NCBI GenBank assembly: GCA_041611095.1
Contig: JBFINP010000009.1
Span: 1,032-65,031 of the forward strand
Direction: 5' to 3'
DNA from: Acidimicrobiia bacterium
GTDB lineage: Bacteria > Actinomycetota > Acidimicrobiia > Spongiisociales > UBA5794
DNA: 64,000 nucleotides
The position numbers and the translations under genes were made by a program. Of this stretch, positions 18,647-29,167 are shown in pieces. The notes under the pieces are model-generated. The model searched no databases. It saw only the letters and a list, made by a program, of their open reading frames with translations, and was not told the DNA's origin. Every line of letters starts with the position of its first letter. Position 1 is the stretch's first letter.

Positions 18647-19867
18647 TCACGAACCGCGACGGATGGTGAGCTCGGGTCCCAGATCGGCGACGGTCCTTGC
18701 TCCGACCAATGCCATCGTCCGCTCCATCCCCGAGCGGAACAGCTCGAACACGTGGTCGACGCCACGTTCCCCGGCGGCGCCGAGCCCGTACAGGAACGGG
18801 CGGGCCGTCATCACCGCGTTCGCGCCGAGGGCCACGGCGCGCACGATGTCGCTGCCGCGCCGCGGACCCCCATCCACGATGATCTGAACGTCCCCGCCGA
18901 CGGCGGCGACGACCGGCTCGAGCAAGTCGATGGGAGAGGGTGCGCCTTCGAGCTGGCGGCCGCCGTGGTTGCTGAGCGCGATCGCATCGACTCCCGCATC
19001 GACAGATGCACGTGCATCCTCGACGGTCTGAACCCCCTTGATGACGACGCTGCCGGCCCAATTCGCCCGAAACCAGTCGAGATCGCGCCACGAGAGCGAC
19101 GGGTCGAACTGGGCATCCGTGTAGTGGGACAGCGACACGGCGTCGACGCCGTCACCCACGCCCTTGCCGACGACGTTCGAGAAGACGATCGGTTCCGCTC
19201 GGATGAACGCCCACGTCCATCCGGGGTGCAGGATCCCGTCGATCAGGATGCTTGGGCCGAGCTTCGGCGGCAGGGTGAAGCCGCGGCGGATGTCGCGTTC
19301 CCGCCGTCCGAGCACCGCAGTGTCGACCGTGACGGCGATCGTCGAGTAGCCCGCGTCGCGTGCCCGATCGAGGAGCTCCTTCACGAGGCCGCGGTCTTTC
19401 CACACGTAGACCTGGAACCACAGGTCGCCGTCGGACACCGCGGCGACCTCCTCGATGGACCTCGTTGCCAGTGTGGACAGCGAGAAGGGCACGCCCGCAC
19501 GTGCTGCGGCTCGGGCCACCGCCAGCTCGCCGGCCGGATCGGCGATCCGCACGAAGCCGGCGGGAGCGACGACGAGGGGCATGGCGATCTTGCGACCCAG
19601 GAGCGTCGTCGACGTGTCCAGGTCGCTCACGTCCTTCAGCACCCGCGGCCGGAACCCTATCGCGCGGAACCCCGCGGAGTTGCGCGCCATGGTCTTCTCG
19701 TCCTCGGCGGCGCCATCGATGTAGTCGAACACGCCCCAGGGCAGTCGGCGCTTGGCGATCCTGCGTAGGTCGGTGACGTCGGCGGCGGTGCGGAGCCGCC
19801 GGCTGACGGGATCGAGGTCGATCGCCCGGAACTGCATGACCGAGCGAAGCGTGGCGAGCGGTCTCAT
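18647..19867 (-). CDS. FMN-dependent alpha-hydroxy acid dehydrogenase/oxidase (L-lactate dehydrogenase/glycolate oxidase family)
   Basis: FDYIDGAAEDE, FQVYVWKDR, AIAVTVDT, VVIKGV, LSNHGGRQL and IVDGGPRRGSDI are the family motifs in the correct order. Confidence 0.85.
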   Translation of the reverse strand: MRPLATLRSVMQFRAIDLDPVSRRLRTAADVTDLRRIAKRRLPWGVFDYIDGAAEDEKTMARNSAGFRAIGFRPRVLKDVSDLDTSTTLLGRKIAMPLVVAPAGFVRIADPAGELAVARAAARAGVPFSLSTLATRSIEEVAAVSDGDLWFQVYVWKDRGLVKELLDRARDAGYSTIAVTVDTAVLGRRERDIRRGFTLPPKLGPSILIDGILHPGWTWAFIRAEPIVFSNVVGKGVGDGVDAVSLSHYTDAQFDPSLSWRDLDWFRANWAGSVVIKGVQTVEDARASVDAGVDAIALSNHGGRQLEGAPSPIDLLEPVVAAVGGDVQIIVDGGPRRGSDIVRAVALGANAVMTARPFLYGLGAAGERGVDHVFELFRSGMERTMALVGARTVADLGPELTIRRGS

Positions 19868-19948
19868 GCCCTCTGTTTACCAGCTGGATGTTCGCGTGGG
19901 CAACGGGCGGCCGTATTGCCCAGTGGCTGGCGCTACGTTGGATGCGTC

Positions 19949-20758
19949 ATGCCGGAAGGGCACACGCTCCACCGTATCGCCGCACGCCACGACGCCCTCT
20001 TCTCGGGCCACGATGTCGAGGCGTGGTCGCCGCAGGGTCGTTTCTCGGTCGAAGCGGCCCAGCTCGACGGGTCCCGGCTCGACGAGGTGGAGGCCTACGG
20101 CAAGCACCTCTTCTACCGCTGGCGAGACGCACCGACCCTCTACGTTCACCTGGGACTGGTCGGCAAGTTCCGTACCTGGGCGAGGAGCGAGCCGCCTTCT
20201 CCCACGAAGGGGACGCGGCTGGCGATGCGTGCGAACGGCGCGACGACGTACCTCGCCGGGCCCATGACATGCAGGCTCATCGCTCCCGAGGACGAGTCGG
20301 ACATCATCGCCGCCATGGGCCCGGATCCCATCAAGAGCCGGCGTGGTCGCCATGAGTTTGCTCGCAGGCTGCGGCAGAAGCGGGCACCGATCGCTGCTGC
20401 CCTGCTCGACCAGTCGGTGATCGCCGGCATCGGCAACGTCTACCGAGCGGAGCTGCTCTTCCTCCTGGGAGTTGCCCCGACCGCGACGGCGGGCGACCTC
20501 TCCGACGCGCAGATCGATCACCTGTGGGATCTCGCCGTCGACGGGCTCCGCACCGGGGTCGAGCATGGCCGGATCATCACCGTGCGGCCAAAGGAGATGG
20601 GAACGCGGGGCAGGCGCGATCTCGCTCCCGAGGAACGGCTGTACGTGTACCACCGTGACGGTCATCCCTGCCGACGCTGCGGCACCGCGATCGCTGTAAC
20701 GGAGGTCGGCGCCCGCAGGACGTGGTGGTGTCCGACCTGTCAGCCCGACATGGAATGA
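19949..20758 (+). CDS. nei: Fpg/Nei family DNA glycosylase (endonuclease VIII-like)
   Basis: ORF 19916..20758, start trimmed to ATG 19949 so the protein begins MPEGHT (catalytic Pro2 and Glu3). H2TH GIGNVYRAELLF and a C-terminal zinc finger CRRCG...WWCPTCQ. Confidence 0.85.
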   Translation: MPEGHTLHRIAARHDALFSGHDVEAWSPQGRFSVEAAQLDGSRLDEVEAYGKHLFYRWRDAPTLYVHLGLVGKFRTWARSEPPSPTKGTRLAMRANGATTYLAGPMTCRLIAPEDESDIIAAMGPDPIKSRRGRHEFARRLRQKRAPIAAALLDQSVIAGIGNVYRAELLFLLGVAPTATAGDLSDAQIDHLWDLAVDGLRTGVEHGRIITVRPKEMGTRGRRDLAPEERLYVYHRDGHPCRRCGTAIAVTEVGARRTWWCPTCQPDME

Positions 20759-20813
20759 TCGCGACGGATCGGGCGCTGATCTGACCAAGAATCCCCCGAT
20801 CTCGGAGGTCTCG

Positions 20814-21635
20814 ATGGCCGACACGCTGCTCCCGCCTCTCCCCACCGACCTCGCGCCCACCCGAGGCACTCTCCACGTCTACGCCCATGCCGTCGATGCG
20901 TTGCCCCGGGCGCTGGCACCGGCTCACCCGAAGTGGTGGCACGTCAGCCTGAAGGTGCGTCCTTCGGGGCTGGTCACCGACCCGATGGCCATCGCCGGCG
21001 GCGGGACGTTCTGGCTGCGGATGGACATGCACCACCACCAAGTGGCGCTCGAGACCTCCCACGGCGACGCCGCGACCTGGTCGATGCAGGACGGGATGAC
21101 CGGCACCGAGATGGGTGATGCGTTGATCGCCGCCGCCGCCGACCTGGGTCGCGGCGGCGACTACAACCGCGCCAAGTTCGAGGACGATGAAGCGCGCACG
21201 TATGACCCGGGCGTTGCCGGCGAGTACTTCGACACCCTCGTCAACGTCTCACAGATCTTCGCCGAGCATCGAGCGGGCCTCGAGGGCAGCTACGGCCAGA
21301 TTCAGTTGTGGCCGCACAACTTCGACCTCGCCTTCGAGTGGTTCGGCACCAAGGTCGAGTGGCACGAGGAGCACGGCGAGGTCGAAGAGTCGCCGTCGCA
21401 GCTCAACCTCGGCTTCTACACGGAGGGGCGGGCGTACTTCTACTCGAACCCGTGGCCCTTCGATGCGTCGTTGACGGACCACGAGCTGCCGGCGGGCGCA
21501 GCGTGGCACACGGAGGGCTGGCAGGGCTCGATCCTCTACTACGACATGATCGCCGGGCAGCCCGACGCCGACGCCCTCGTCAAGGAGTACGCCAAGGCCG
21601 TGTTCGATCTGGCGGCGCCGACGCTGATGGAGTAA
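20814..21635 (+). CDS. hypothetical protein (possibly DUF5996-like)
   Basis: 273-aa ORF with balanced composition (MADTLLPPLPTDLAPTRGTLHVYAHAV...). It fills the interval. The family name is from memory only. Confidence 0.6.
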   Translation: MADTLLPPLPTDLAPTRGTLHVYAHAVDALPRALAPAHPKWWHVSLKVRPSGLVTDPMAIAGGGTFWLRMDMHHHQVALETSHGDAATWSMQDGMTGTEMGDALIAAAADLGRGGDYNRAKFEDDEARTYDPGVAGEYFDTLVNVSQIFAEHRAGLEGSYGQIQLWPHNFDLAFEWFGTKVEWHEEHGEVEESPSQLNLGFYTEGRAYFYSNPWPFDASLTDHELPAGAAWHTEGWQGSILYYDMIAGQPDADALVKEYAKAVFDLAAPTLME

Positions 21636-21641
21636 TGCGCC

Positions 21642-22082
21642 TCAGTCCTCGCCGATGTCCTCGTTCCACAACGTCGGGCTGTTGGCGATGAACATCTGCA
21701 TGAGGTCGACGCAGCGCTGGTCGTCGAGCACCGTCACCTCCACACCCGCCTCCACCAGGAGGTGCTGAGGACCCTGGAACGTGCGCGCCTCCCCGACGAC
21801 GACTCTGGGGATGCCGTAGAGCAGGATGGCGCCGGTGCACATGCTGCACGGGCTCAGCGTGGAGTAGATGGTCGCTCGTCGGTAGGTCGACGCCGGAAGG
21901 CGCCCGGCGTTCTCGAGACAATCCATCTCGGCATGGAGCACTGCGCTCCCACGTTGCACCCGCTGATTGTGACCCCGCCCGATCGCTGTGCCGTCGACTG
22001 CCAACACCGCGCCGATGGGGATGCCGCCCTCGTTGAGACCGGCGTGGGCCTCTGCGATCGCCAGCTCCATGAACCCGTCCAT
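21642..22082 (-). CDS. CMP/dCMP-type zinc deaminase (cytosine/guanine deaminase-like)
   Basis: ORF 21642..22181, start trimmed to ATG 22082. The zinc motifs HAEMDCL and SPCSMC are at the correct spacing. Confidence 0.85.
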   Translation of the reverse strand: MDGFMELAIAEAHAGLNEGGIPIGAVLAVDGTAIGRGHNQRVQRGSAVLHAEMDCLENAGRLPASTYRRATIYSTLSPCSMCTGAILLYGIPRVVVGEARTFQGPQHLLVEAGVEVTVLDDQRCVDLMQMFIANSPTLWNEDIGED

Positions 22083-22210
22083 CGAGGGGCACGGTAGTGG
22101 CGGGACACGTCTCCCGGCGTCTCGAGAAGTGGTCGCATCTCGGGGCAATCCCCGATGGCGCCATCTCCGCGTTGCGCTCACAATGAGGAGGCCGCGGCCC
22201 GGGAGTAACC

Positions 22211-23293
22211 ATGATCGAGACCGTCTCAGCCCGACGACACCGCCCCGTCACCACGACGCGCGAGGACCTCATCACCATGGCCACCGCCTTCTGGCTGATG
22301 GCCGGTCTGTTCCTCGATGCGTGGGCGCACACGACCCGCCTCGACGAGCTCGAGGGCTTCTGGACGCCGTGGCACGGGGTGTTCTACTCGGGGTTCCTGG
22401 CGACGGCCGCGTGGATCGCCTGGCTCGTCAACCGCGGCGTGCCCGACACGGGATCGGTCACCGCGGCCATCCCGGTTGGCTACGGCCCGGCCGTGGTCGG
22501 GATCGCGCTGTTCGCCATGGGCGGCGTGGGTGACGCGATCTGGCACACGATCTACGGAGTGGAGGCCAGCATCGACGCCCTGCTGAGCCCCACGCACCTG
22601 CTGTTGTTCTCGGGGCTCATCCTCATCCTCACCGCACCGTTCCGGGCAGCATGGCACGGCCCCTCCAAACGCAGCGTTGGCTCGCCCTGGGGGTTCGTGC
22701 CTGCCTTCTTGTCGATCACACTGGCGACAGCCCTCGTGGCCTTCATGTTCACCTACCTGTGGGCACCCGGCCGGGGCTTCTGGCCCGAGGTGCTCTACGA
22801 CCCCCTCACCGGCTCCGGGGAGCTTCATGTCGTCGGCGGTATCGGATCGATCATGGCGACGACCGGCATCCTGGTGGCACCGCTGATCCTCACGCTGCGG
22901 CGCTGGACCCCGCCCCCGGGGACCTTCACCGTGATGTGGACGGCGATCAACCTGATGATGAGCCTGGGATTCGATCTCGACGTCGGCCTTGCGACGGTGA
23001 CCGGGCTCGTCGGCGGGCTCGTCGCCGATGGGCTCGTCGCCTGGCTGGATGCCGGGCCTCACCGGGTGGGCGCAGTACGAGCCGTTGCCACCGCTGCGCC
23101 CATCGCGGCGTGGGCCACCTACTTCCTGTTGATCGGTGCGAGCGCCACGATCCTATGGCCGGTGGAGGTGTGGAGCGGGGCGATCTTCTTCGCCGGCCTG
23201 GCGGGATTCGGTCTCACCGTACTGGCGTGGCCCCCGGTCGTGCCCGATGGCGTGCTCGCCGACTCACGGCAAGCGGCGGCACCTCGCTCGTGA
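22211..23293 (+). CDS. polytopic integral membrane protein, unknown function
   Basis: 360-aa ORF with about 9 hydrophobic segments and conserved-looking His/Trp near helix ends (DAWAHTT, GDAIWHTIYG). The start is uncertain; an alternative ATG is near 22277. Confidence 0.65.
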   Translation: MIETVSARRHRPVTTTREDLITMATAFWLMAGLFLDAWAHTTRLDELEGFWTPWHGVFYSGFLATAAWIAWLVNRGVPDTGSVTAAIPVGYGPAVVGIALFAMGGVGDAIWHTIYGVEASIDALLSPTHLLLFSGLILILTAPFRAAWHGPSKRSVGSPWGFVPAFLSITLATALVAFMFTYLWAPGRGFWPEVLYDPLTGSGELHVVGGIGSIMATTGILVAPLILTLRRWTPPPGTFTVMWTAINLMMSLGFDLDVGLATVTGLVGGLVADGLVAWLDAGPHRVGAVRAVATAAPIAAWATYFLLIGASATILWPVEVWSGAIFFAGLAGFGLTVLAWPPVVPDGVLADSRQAAAPRS

Positions 23294-23345
23294 ACCGTCA
23301 CGGGACACGGTGCGTATCCCCAACCACCCGACACAGGAGATACGC

Positions 23346-23771
23346 ATGCGAAAGTTGCTCGTCGTTCTCGGCGCCGTGGCCCTGATGCTCGCCGCGGTGC
23401 CCGCGATGGCCGGAGGCCGCCCGCTCACCGCCGAGCTGACCGGGGCGACCGAGGTTCCCAACCCAGGTGATCCGGATGGCAGCGGGTTCGCCGCCGTCAC
23501 CCTCAACCAAGGGCTCGGCGAGGTGTGCTTCGACATCACCGTCGAAGGCGTCGATCCCATCGCCGCGGCCCACATCCACGACGCACCCGCCGGCTTGCCC
23601 GGTCCCGTGGTGGTCAACTTCGACGTACTCGCCAACGGCCTCTCCGGCTGCGTGAGCGGCGTCGATGCGGACCTCATCAAGGACATCCGGCAGAACCCGG
23701 GCGAGTACTACGTCAACGTCCACAACCCCGCCTTCCCGGGCGGTGCTTTGCGGGGTCAGCTGTCCAAGTGA
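23346..23771 (+). CDS. CHRD domain-containing secreted protein
   Basis: ORF 23136..23771, start trimmed to ATG 23346. Signal peptide MRKLLVVLGAVALMLAAVPAMAG. The CHRD hallmarks are AHIHDAPAGLPGPVV and YVNVHNPAFPGGALRGQL. Confidence 0.8.
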   Translation: MRKLLVVLGAVALMLAAVPAMAGGRPLTAELTGATEVPNPGDPDGSGFAAVTLNQGLGEVCFDITVEGVDPIAAAHIHDAPAGLPGPVVVNFDVLANGLSGCVSGVDADLIKDIRQNPGEYYVNVHNPAFPGGALRGQLSK

Positions 23772-23787
23772 AGCAGAGGACGGCCGA

Positions 23788-23964
23788 TCAGCGAATGATG
23801 CTGCGGTCGTAGAGACGCCGGCGAAGCAGCCGGCGTGCCCGCCAGCGCTGGAACTTCTGCCAGCGTGAGGAGGCGTTGCGGTGTCTCTCCTCGAGAGCCC
23901 GCAACGCCTCCTCGTATGCAGCGTCGAAGTGCGCCTCGAAGGAGCCGGTCTCGGGATCGGTCAC
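23788..23964 (-). CDS. possible small basic protein (58 aa)
   Basis: GTG 23964 overlaps the DUF3052-like stop (GTGA). [50 protein letters not shown]. Support is only the coupling geometry and non-random composition. Confidence 0.3.
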   Translation of the reverse strand: MTDPETGSFEAHFDAAYEEALRALEERHRNASSRWQKFQRWRARRLLRRRLYDRSIIR

Positions 23965-24368
23965 CGGTACTGCTTTCGCCAGACGACTTTGAGACCGGAC
24001 CAGGTCTCGTCGATCGCGGCCACCTTGACATCGACGAGACCCAGAGGCAGGACGACGTCGCGCACGACGTCCTCGGTCATGTCGGTCTCGAGCTTGGCGG
24101 CCCGCTTCGGCCAGGCCACCCACACGCCACCGTCGGGATGGATGAGCCGGCCGAGGGTGTCGATGCGGCGCTCCAGGTCCCGCCGGGCCGTGGTGAAGAA
24201 CACCGCGACGTCCGCTTTGCCGCGAGCGCTGGTTCGCACCTTCACGGCAGGGGGGAGCGGCGCCACCATGTCGGCGAAGTGGCCGGGATCGTGGAGCACG
24301 ACCAGCGTGTCGCCCTTGCGTATGCCGAGCTTCTCGGCGAGCGGCGTGCCGGAGTACCCGGCGTTCAC
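23961..24368 (-). CDS. DUF3052-like protein
   Basis: ORF 23961..24581, start trimmed to GTG 24368, which overlaps the tdh stop (GTGA). [28 protein letters not shown]...GGVWVAWPK fits the DUF3052 pattern (from memory). Confidence 0.65.
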   Translation of the reverse strand: MNAGYSGTPLAEKLGIRKGDTLVVLHDPGHFADMVAPLPPAVKVRTSARGKADVAVFFTTARRDLERRIDTLGRLIHPDGGVWVAWPKRAAKLETDMTEDVVRDVVLPLGLVDVKVAAIDETWSGLKVVWRKQYR

Positions 24369-25402
24369 ACATCCCTCCAGTCGAGGATGACCTTGGCGCA
24401 CTCGCCGGAACGCATGACATCGAAGGCGGACTCGTACTCGGTGAACGGGAAGGTGTGCGTGATGACGGGGGAGACGTCGAGGCCTGTCTGCAGCATCGCC
24501 AGCATCTTGTACCAGGTCTCGAACATCTTGCGCCCGTAGATCCCTTTCAGGGTGATGCCCTTGAAGATGATGTCGTTCCAATCGATCGGGGTGGCGGCGT
24601 TCGCCTCCGGGATGCCGAGGAGGGCGATGTTGCCGCCGTTGTTCATCGTCGAGATCATCTGGTGGAGCGCCGCCGGCGACCCCGACATCTCCAGGCCCAC
24701 GTCGAAGCCCTCTCGCATTCCGAGCAGCGACATCGTGTGCAGGAGGTCATCGCGGGACACGTTCACGGCGTGGTCGGCGCCCATCTTGTCGGCGATGCCT
24801 AGGCGGTAGTCGTTGATGTCGGTGACGACGACGTAGCGGGCGCCGACGTGGCGGGCGATGGCGACGGACATCATCCCGATCGGCCCCGCACCCGTGACGA
24901 GAACGTCCTCGCCGACCAGGTCGAAGCTCAGCGCCGTGTGCGTCGCGTTGCCGAGCGGGTCGAGGATGCTGGCGATCTCGTCGGGGATCTCGTCGGGGAT
25001 GGGTTGGACGTTGTCGCCCGGGATGGCGACGTACTCGGCGAACGCACCGGGCCGGTTGACACCTACCCCGATGGTGTTGATGCAGAAGTGACGCCGGCCC
25101 GCCTGGCAGTTGCGGCAGCGGCCGCACACGACGTGGCCCTCGCCGGAGACTCGCTGGCCGAGCTCCAGGCCCTCGACCTCGCTGCCGATCTCGGCGACGA
25201 CGCCCACGTACTCGTGGCCGACCGCCATCGGGATCGGGATCGTCGCTTGCGCCCATTCGTCCCAGTTGACGATGTGGACGTCGGTGCCGCAGATCGAGGT
25301 CTGGGTGACGCGGATGAGCACGTCGTTGGGGCCGACGCTCGGCTTGGGGATCTCCTCGAGCCAGATCCCGGGCTCCGGCTTCGCCTTGACGAGCGCCTTC
25401 AC
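24365..25402 (-). CDS. tdh: L-threonine 3-dehydrogenase
   Basis: [21 protein letters not shown]...CGTDVHI...GHEYVG, a zinc-ADH fold with a structural-zinc Cys cluster (CGRCRNC). Adjacent to kbl. Confidence 0.9.
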   Translation of the reverse strand: MKALVKAKPEPGIWLEEIPKPSVGPNDVLIRVTQTSICGTDVHIVNWDEWAQATIPIPMAVGHEYVGVVAEIGSEVEGLELGQRVSGEGHVVCGRCRNCQAGRRHFCINTIGVGVNRPGAFAEYVAIPGDNVQPIPDEIPDEIASILDPLGNATHTALSFDLVGEDVLVTGAGPIGMMSVAIARHVGARYVVVTDINDYRLGIADKMGADHAVNVSRDDLLHTMSLLGMREGFDVGLEMSGSPAALHQMISTMNNGGNIALLGIPEANAATPIDWNDIIFKGITLKGIYGRKMFETWYKMLAMLQTGLDVSPVITHTFPFTEYESAFDVMRSGECAKVILDWRDV

Positions 25403-26589
25403 TGCACCACCCCCAGCTCCCGGCCGACCTTGGTGAAGGCGGCAATGGCCCGGTCGAGGTGGTCGCGTTGGTGCGCTGCCGACATCTGGGTGCGGATGCG
25501 CGCCTCGTCGCGGGGCACGACGGGGAACGAGAAGCCGATCACATAGATCCCCTCGGCGAGCAGCCGGTTGGCCATCTCGGTGGCGAGCTTGGCGTCGCCG
25601 AGCATCACGGGGATGATCGGGTGTCCGGCCCCGGCCAGGGTGAACCCGGCGGCCGCCATCTCGGTTCGGAAGTACTCCGAGTTCTCCTGCAGCCTCCGGC
25701 GCAACTCGTCGGATTCAGAGAGCATCTCGAGTGTGCGGATCGCCGTGGCGGCGATCACCGGGGGGACGGTGTTCGAGAAGAGGTAGGGGCGAGAGCGCTG
25801 CCGGAGCCATTCGACGATCTCGCTGCGTCCTGACGTGTACCCGCCGGAGGCGCCGCCGAGGGCCTTGCCGAGAGTGCCGGTGACGATGTCGATCCGGTCG
25901 GTGACGCCCCAGTAGTCCGGCGTCCCGCCGCCATGGTCACCGATGAACCCGACGGCGTGGGAATCGTCCACCATCACCAAAGCGTCGTACGCGTCGGCCA
26001 GGTCGCAGATCGCCGGCAGGTTGGCCACGATGCCGTCCATCGAGAAGACGCCGTCGGTGGCGATGAGCTTGAAGCGGGCGTCCTTGGCGGCCTCGAGCTG
26101 ACGGCCGAGATCCTCCATGTCGTTGTTGGCGTAGCGGAAGCGCTGCGCCTTGGAGAGCCGGACCCCGTCGATGATCGAGGCATGGTTGAGCGAGTCGGAG
26201 ATGACGGCGTCCTCGGCCCCGAGCAGCGTCTCGAACAGGCCGCCGTTGGCGTCGAAGCACGACGTGTAGAGGATGGTCGCCTCGGTGCCCAGGAACCGGC
26301 TGATGGCGGCCTCGAGCTCTGTGTGGACGGTCTGGGTGCCGCAGATGAAACGCACCGAGGCCATTCCGAACCCGTAGCGCTGTACCGATGCGGCCGCCGT
26401 TTCGATCAGCTCTGCGTCGTTGGCCAGACCGAGGTAGTTGTTGGCGCAGAGGTTGATCACCTTGCTGCCGTCCTCGAGCGTGATGACGGCGTCCTGCTGG
26501 GATGCGATGACCCGCTCGGCCTTGTAGAGCCCGGACTCGTGGAGCTCGGCGGTCTGGTCGGCGAGATGCTGGAGAAACTGCTGGTTCAT
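25399..26589 (-). CDS. kbl: Glycine C-acetyltransferase (2-amino-3-ketobutyrate CoA ligase)
   Basis: PLP-dependent alpha-oxoamine synthase pattern ([21 protein letters not shown] with the PLP Lys). It overlaps the tdh start by 4 nt. Confidence 0.9.
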   Translation of the reverse strand: MNQQFLQHLADQTAELHESGLYKAERVIASQQDAVITLEDGSKVINLCANNYLGLANDAELIETAAASVQRYGFGMASVRFICGTQTVHTELEAAISRFLGTEATILYTSCFDANGGLFETLLGAEDAVISDSLNHASIIDGVRLSKAQRFRYANNDMEDLGRQLEAAKDARFKLIATDGVFSMDGIVANLPAICDLADAYDALVMVDDSHAVGFIGDHGGGTPDYWGVTDRIDIVTGTLGKALGGASGGYTSGRSEIVEWLRQRSRPYLFSNTVPPVIAATAIRTLEMLSESDELRRRLQENSEYFRTEMAAAGFTLAGAGHPIIPVMLGDAKLATEMANRLLAEGIYVIGFSFPVVPRDEARIRTQMSAAHQRDHLDRAIAAFTKVGRELGVVQ

Positions 26590-26626
26590 GTCACCTCCGC
26601 CGCCGAGTCTACGAACGGTCGGCGCG

Positions 26627-27199
26627 TCAGCCGCGAGCCATGGCGTAGAAGTCGGGGTTGGGCTGCAGCGAGGTGAGGTTGGCCATCCGGTTGGAGTAGG
26701 CGAACAAGGCGGCGATCGCGCCGATGTCCCACACGTCTTCCTCGCCGAAACCGTGCTGAGCGAGATGAGCGAAGTCGTCGTCGGAAAGGGACGCCGAATC
26801 GGTGGCTACCTTGAGCGCGAATGCGAGCATCGCCTCGCTTCGTACATCGAGGCCGGCCTTTCGGTAGTTAACGGCGATCTGGTCGGCCAGCAGTGGGTCC
26901 TTGGCCCGGATTCGCAGGATCGCTCCGTGGGCGACGACGCAGTAGAGGCAATCATTGGCCGCGCTCGTGGCGACGACGATCATCTCCCGCTCCGCCTTGG
27001 TCAACCCCGACTCCTTCTCCATCAGCGCATCGTGGAGTTGGAGGAAACCCCGCAGCTCCTCGGGTCGATGGGCCATGGCGAGGAACACGTTCGGGACGAA
27101 CCCCGTCTTCTCCTGGATCTCGAGCATGCGCTCCCGCAGGTCGTCCGGGACATCGTCGAGGTCGGGGACGGGGAAGCGGCTGATGGGCTGGTCGGGCAC
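26627..27199 (-). CDS. Carboxymuconolactone decarboxylase/AhpD-like peroxidase-related protein
   Basis: [27 protein letters not shown] contains the CxxC/H motif typical of the family. 190 aa. Confidence 0.8.
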   Translation of the reverse strand: MPDQPISRFPVPDLDDVPDDLRERMLEIQEKTGFVPNVFLAMAHRPEELRGFLQLHDALMEKESGLTKAEREMIVVATSAANDCLYCVVAHGAILRIRAKDPLLADQIAVNYRKAGLDVRSEAMLAFALKVATDSASLSDDDFAHLAQHGFGEEDVWDIGAIAALFAYSNRMANLTSLQPNPDFYAMARG

Positions 27200-27302
27200 G
27201 GAGGCTCCTCAGGTCGCTGGCGAGGGGTCACGCTACCCATCGCATAGGATCGGCGGCGAGGAGGTGCCGAGTGGGCAACGTGGCCCCTGTCGCCGCACCA
27301 CG

Positions 27303-28334
27303 ATGAGCGCACATCCCGTGCCGGTGCCACACACTGCTCGCGACCTCACGGCGGAAGTGCTTGGCGCCGCGCTGAGGCGACCGCTCGAGGTCATGGCCGT
27401 CGAGCGCATCGGGCAGCCCTACGGGTTCGCCGGTGAGACCTACCGCATCGACTTGCTCGACGGCGACGAGCGGCTGGCGGTGGTCGCCAAGCTATGGACG
27501 GTTCGGTCGATCTCCGACGCGACCGAGATCGAGTTCTACCGCCGGGTTGCGCCCGCGACACCGGTGCGACTCCCGTCGTTCCACCACGGTGGCGTCAGCG
27601 TGGATGCCCGGAGGGCCTGGATCGTCCTGGAGGCCCTCGACGGGCACCGGCAAGGAGACGAGCTCACTGCAGAGCCGCTGAATGTGGTGCTCGACCTCGC
27701 GGCGACGATGGCCCGGATTCACGCCGCATGGTGGGACCGGGTCGGCATTCACACATGGCTGCCGCCGGCAATGGTGCTGCAGCGCGATGCCGACTACGTC
27801 ACGAGCCGCCGCGAAGAGTATCTCCGCCGCTTCGGTGCGATCCCGGATCCGCTGACCCACGCGTTGTTCGAGGCGATCCCGGAGGCGCTCCCCATCGCGG
27901 GAGAAGTCCTCTCGGACGCTCCCGGCACGGTGGTTCACCAGGACCTCTCTCTCGACAACGTGTTGTTCCTCCAGCCGGACGACACGCCGGTCGTGATCGA
28001 CTGGGCGAGATGCGGGCGAGGGCCCGCCGTCCTCGATCTGGCGTCGCTGCTCCATGGCGTCGCACCCCTCGAGGCCCTCGGTGATGTCGTCGAACGGTAC
28101 AGCCAGGTTCTCCGGGCCTCGAGGAGCGTCGCCATCGGTGACGAGACTCTCGACCGCTGGCTCGGAGGCGCCATGATCCACGAGTTCGCCACGAGGACGC
28201 TCGGCGTCGCACGGTGGAAGGCCAATTCGCCCCGAGGGCTCCAGATCCTCGACCGCTGGACCGCACGCCTTGTCGAGGTGACGGGGGCGTGGCACGAGCT
28301 GCAGCCGTCAATCGTTCAGCGAATCCTGGGGTGA
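27303..28334 (+). CDS. Aminoglycoside phosphotransferase-fold kinase family protein
   Basis: ORF 26955..28334, start trimmed to ATG 27303. Brenner/catalytic motif VVHQDLSLDNVLF and VIDWARCG (the DxD-like metal site). Confidence 0.75.
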   Translation: MSAHPVPVPHTARDLTAEVLGAALRRPLEVMAVERIGQPYGFAGETYRIDLLDGDERLAVVAKLWTVRSISDATEIEFYRRVAPATPVRLPSFHHGGVSVDARRAWIVLEALDGHRQGDELTAEPLNVVLDLAATMARIHAAWWDRVGIHTWLPPAMVLQRDADYVTSRREEYLRRFGAIPDPLTHALFEAIPEALPIAGEVLSDAPGTVVHQDLSLDNVLFLQPDDTPVVIDWARCGRGPAVLDLASLLHGVAPLEALGDVVERYSQVLRASRSVAIGDETLDRWLGGAMIHEFATRTLGVARWKANSPRGLQILDRWTARLVEVTGAWHELQPSIVQRILG

Positions 28335-28340
28335 CGGGCG

Positions 28341-29117
28341 TCAGCCATCCCTTCCGAACGAGTCCAAGCTCGATGGCGACGGCGGCCACGGCCGCTCCAG
28401 CGGCGGGAGGGTGTGGCCGTCGAGCAGGGTGCGCTCGCCCAGAGGCTCGCCCAGCTCGACCGTCACTCGGTGCCAAGGGTTCGACGGGCACGCAGCGTCG
28501 CCGGCGACCGGCTCGACGAGGACGGTGATCGTGATGGTATCCATTGTCGTGGCGACCACGGGAACGATGTCGCGGCCTGTGGGCGGCTCTCCGGAAGCGC
28601 AGTCCTGCTCGTTGATCAGGATCTCCAGCACCGTGGTGTCGGGATGAGGCTCGACGTCGGGGTCGAGGATCCACGTGGCGTTGCCAAAGCCCGGGGCATC
28701 GAGCTCGATGCGGCATTGTCCCCAGCCCTCCGGCTGCCAGACATCGCCCTCCCGGACGAACGTCGCGACTGCATAGGGCGGCGTGTCTACCGGCGGCTCG
28801 AACCTCGGTGTCCCGAACAACACCAGCGTCGTGTCGGTGCGCTCGCTGATCAACCAGTCGTACTCATCGAAGAACGCCGCCTCCCCTCGGACAACAGCCA
28901 GGACCTGGTCGAGGGCGGCTTGGGCGTCGGCGTCGAGCGGAGTCGAGGGCGGTTCGGGACGGGTCGGGTCGTCGAAGACGACGGCGCCGCAGGAGGCGGT
29001 CAATTCAAGGTGGGGCGCGAGGGTTGTCGATGGAAAGGTGGGCGTCGTCCCGGCGCCGTTGCTGCATGCGGCGAGGAAGATCGTCACGGCCGTGAACAAC
29101 GCTCGTATCCCGGACAT
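28341..29117 (-). CDS. hypothetical lipoprotein
   Basis: ORF 28341..29144, start trimmed to ATG 29117. This gives MSGIRALFTAVTIFLAACSNG (lipobox). No family recognised. Confidence 0.6.
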   Translation of the reverse strand: MSGIRALFTAVTIFLAACSNGAGTTPTFPSTTLAPHLELTASCGAVVFDDPTRPEPPSTPLDADAQAALDQVLAVVRGEAAFFDEYDWLISERTDTTLVLFGTPRFEPPVDTPPYAVATFVREGDVWQPEGWGQCRIELDAPGFGNATWILDPDVEPHPDTTVLEILINEQDCASGEPPTGRDIVPVVATTMDTITITVLVEPVAGDAACPSNPWHRVTVELGEPLGERTLLDGHTLPPLERPWPPSPSSLDSFGRDG

Positions 29118-29167
29118 GTGGGTATGACGTCGACCGAGGGTCATGGGGTTCCGGTACGCTTCTCTTC

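Noticed and set aside
26955-27302. N-terminal 116-codon extension of the phosphotransferase ORF
   Set aside because: The extension overlaps the convergent CMD-family gene in antisense and is Ser/Arg-rich. The ATG at 27303 begins the conserved kinase-fold N-terminus.
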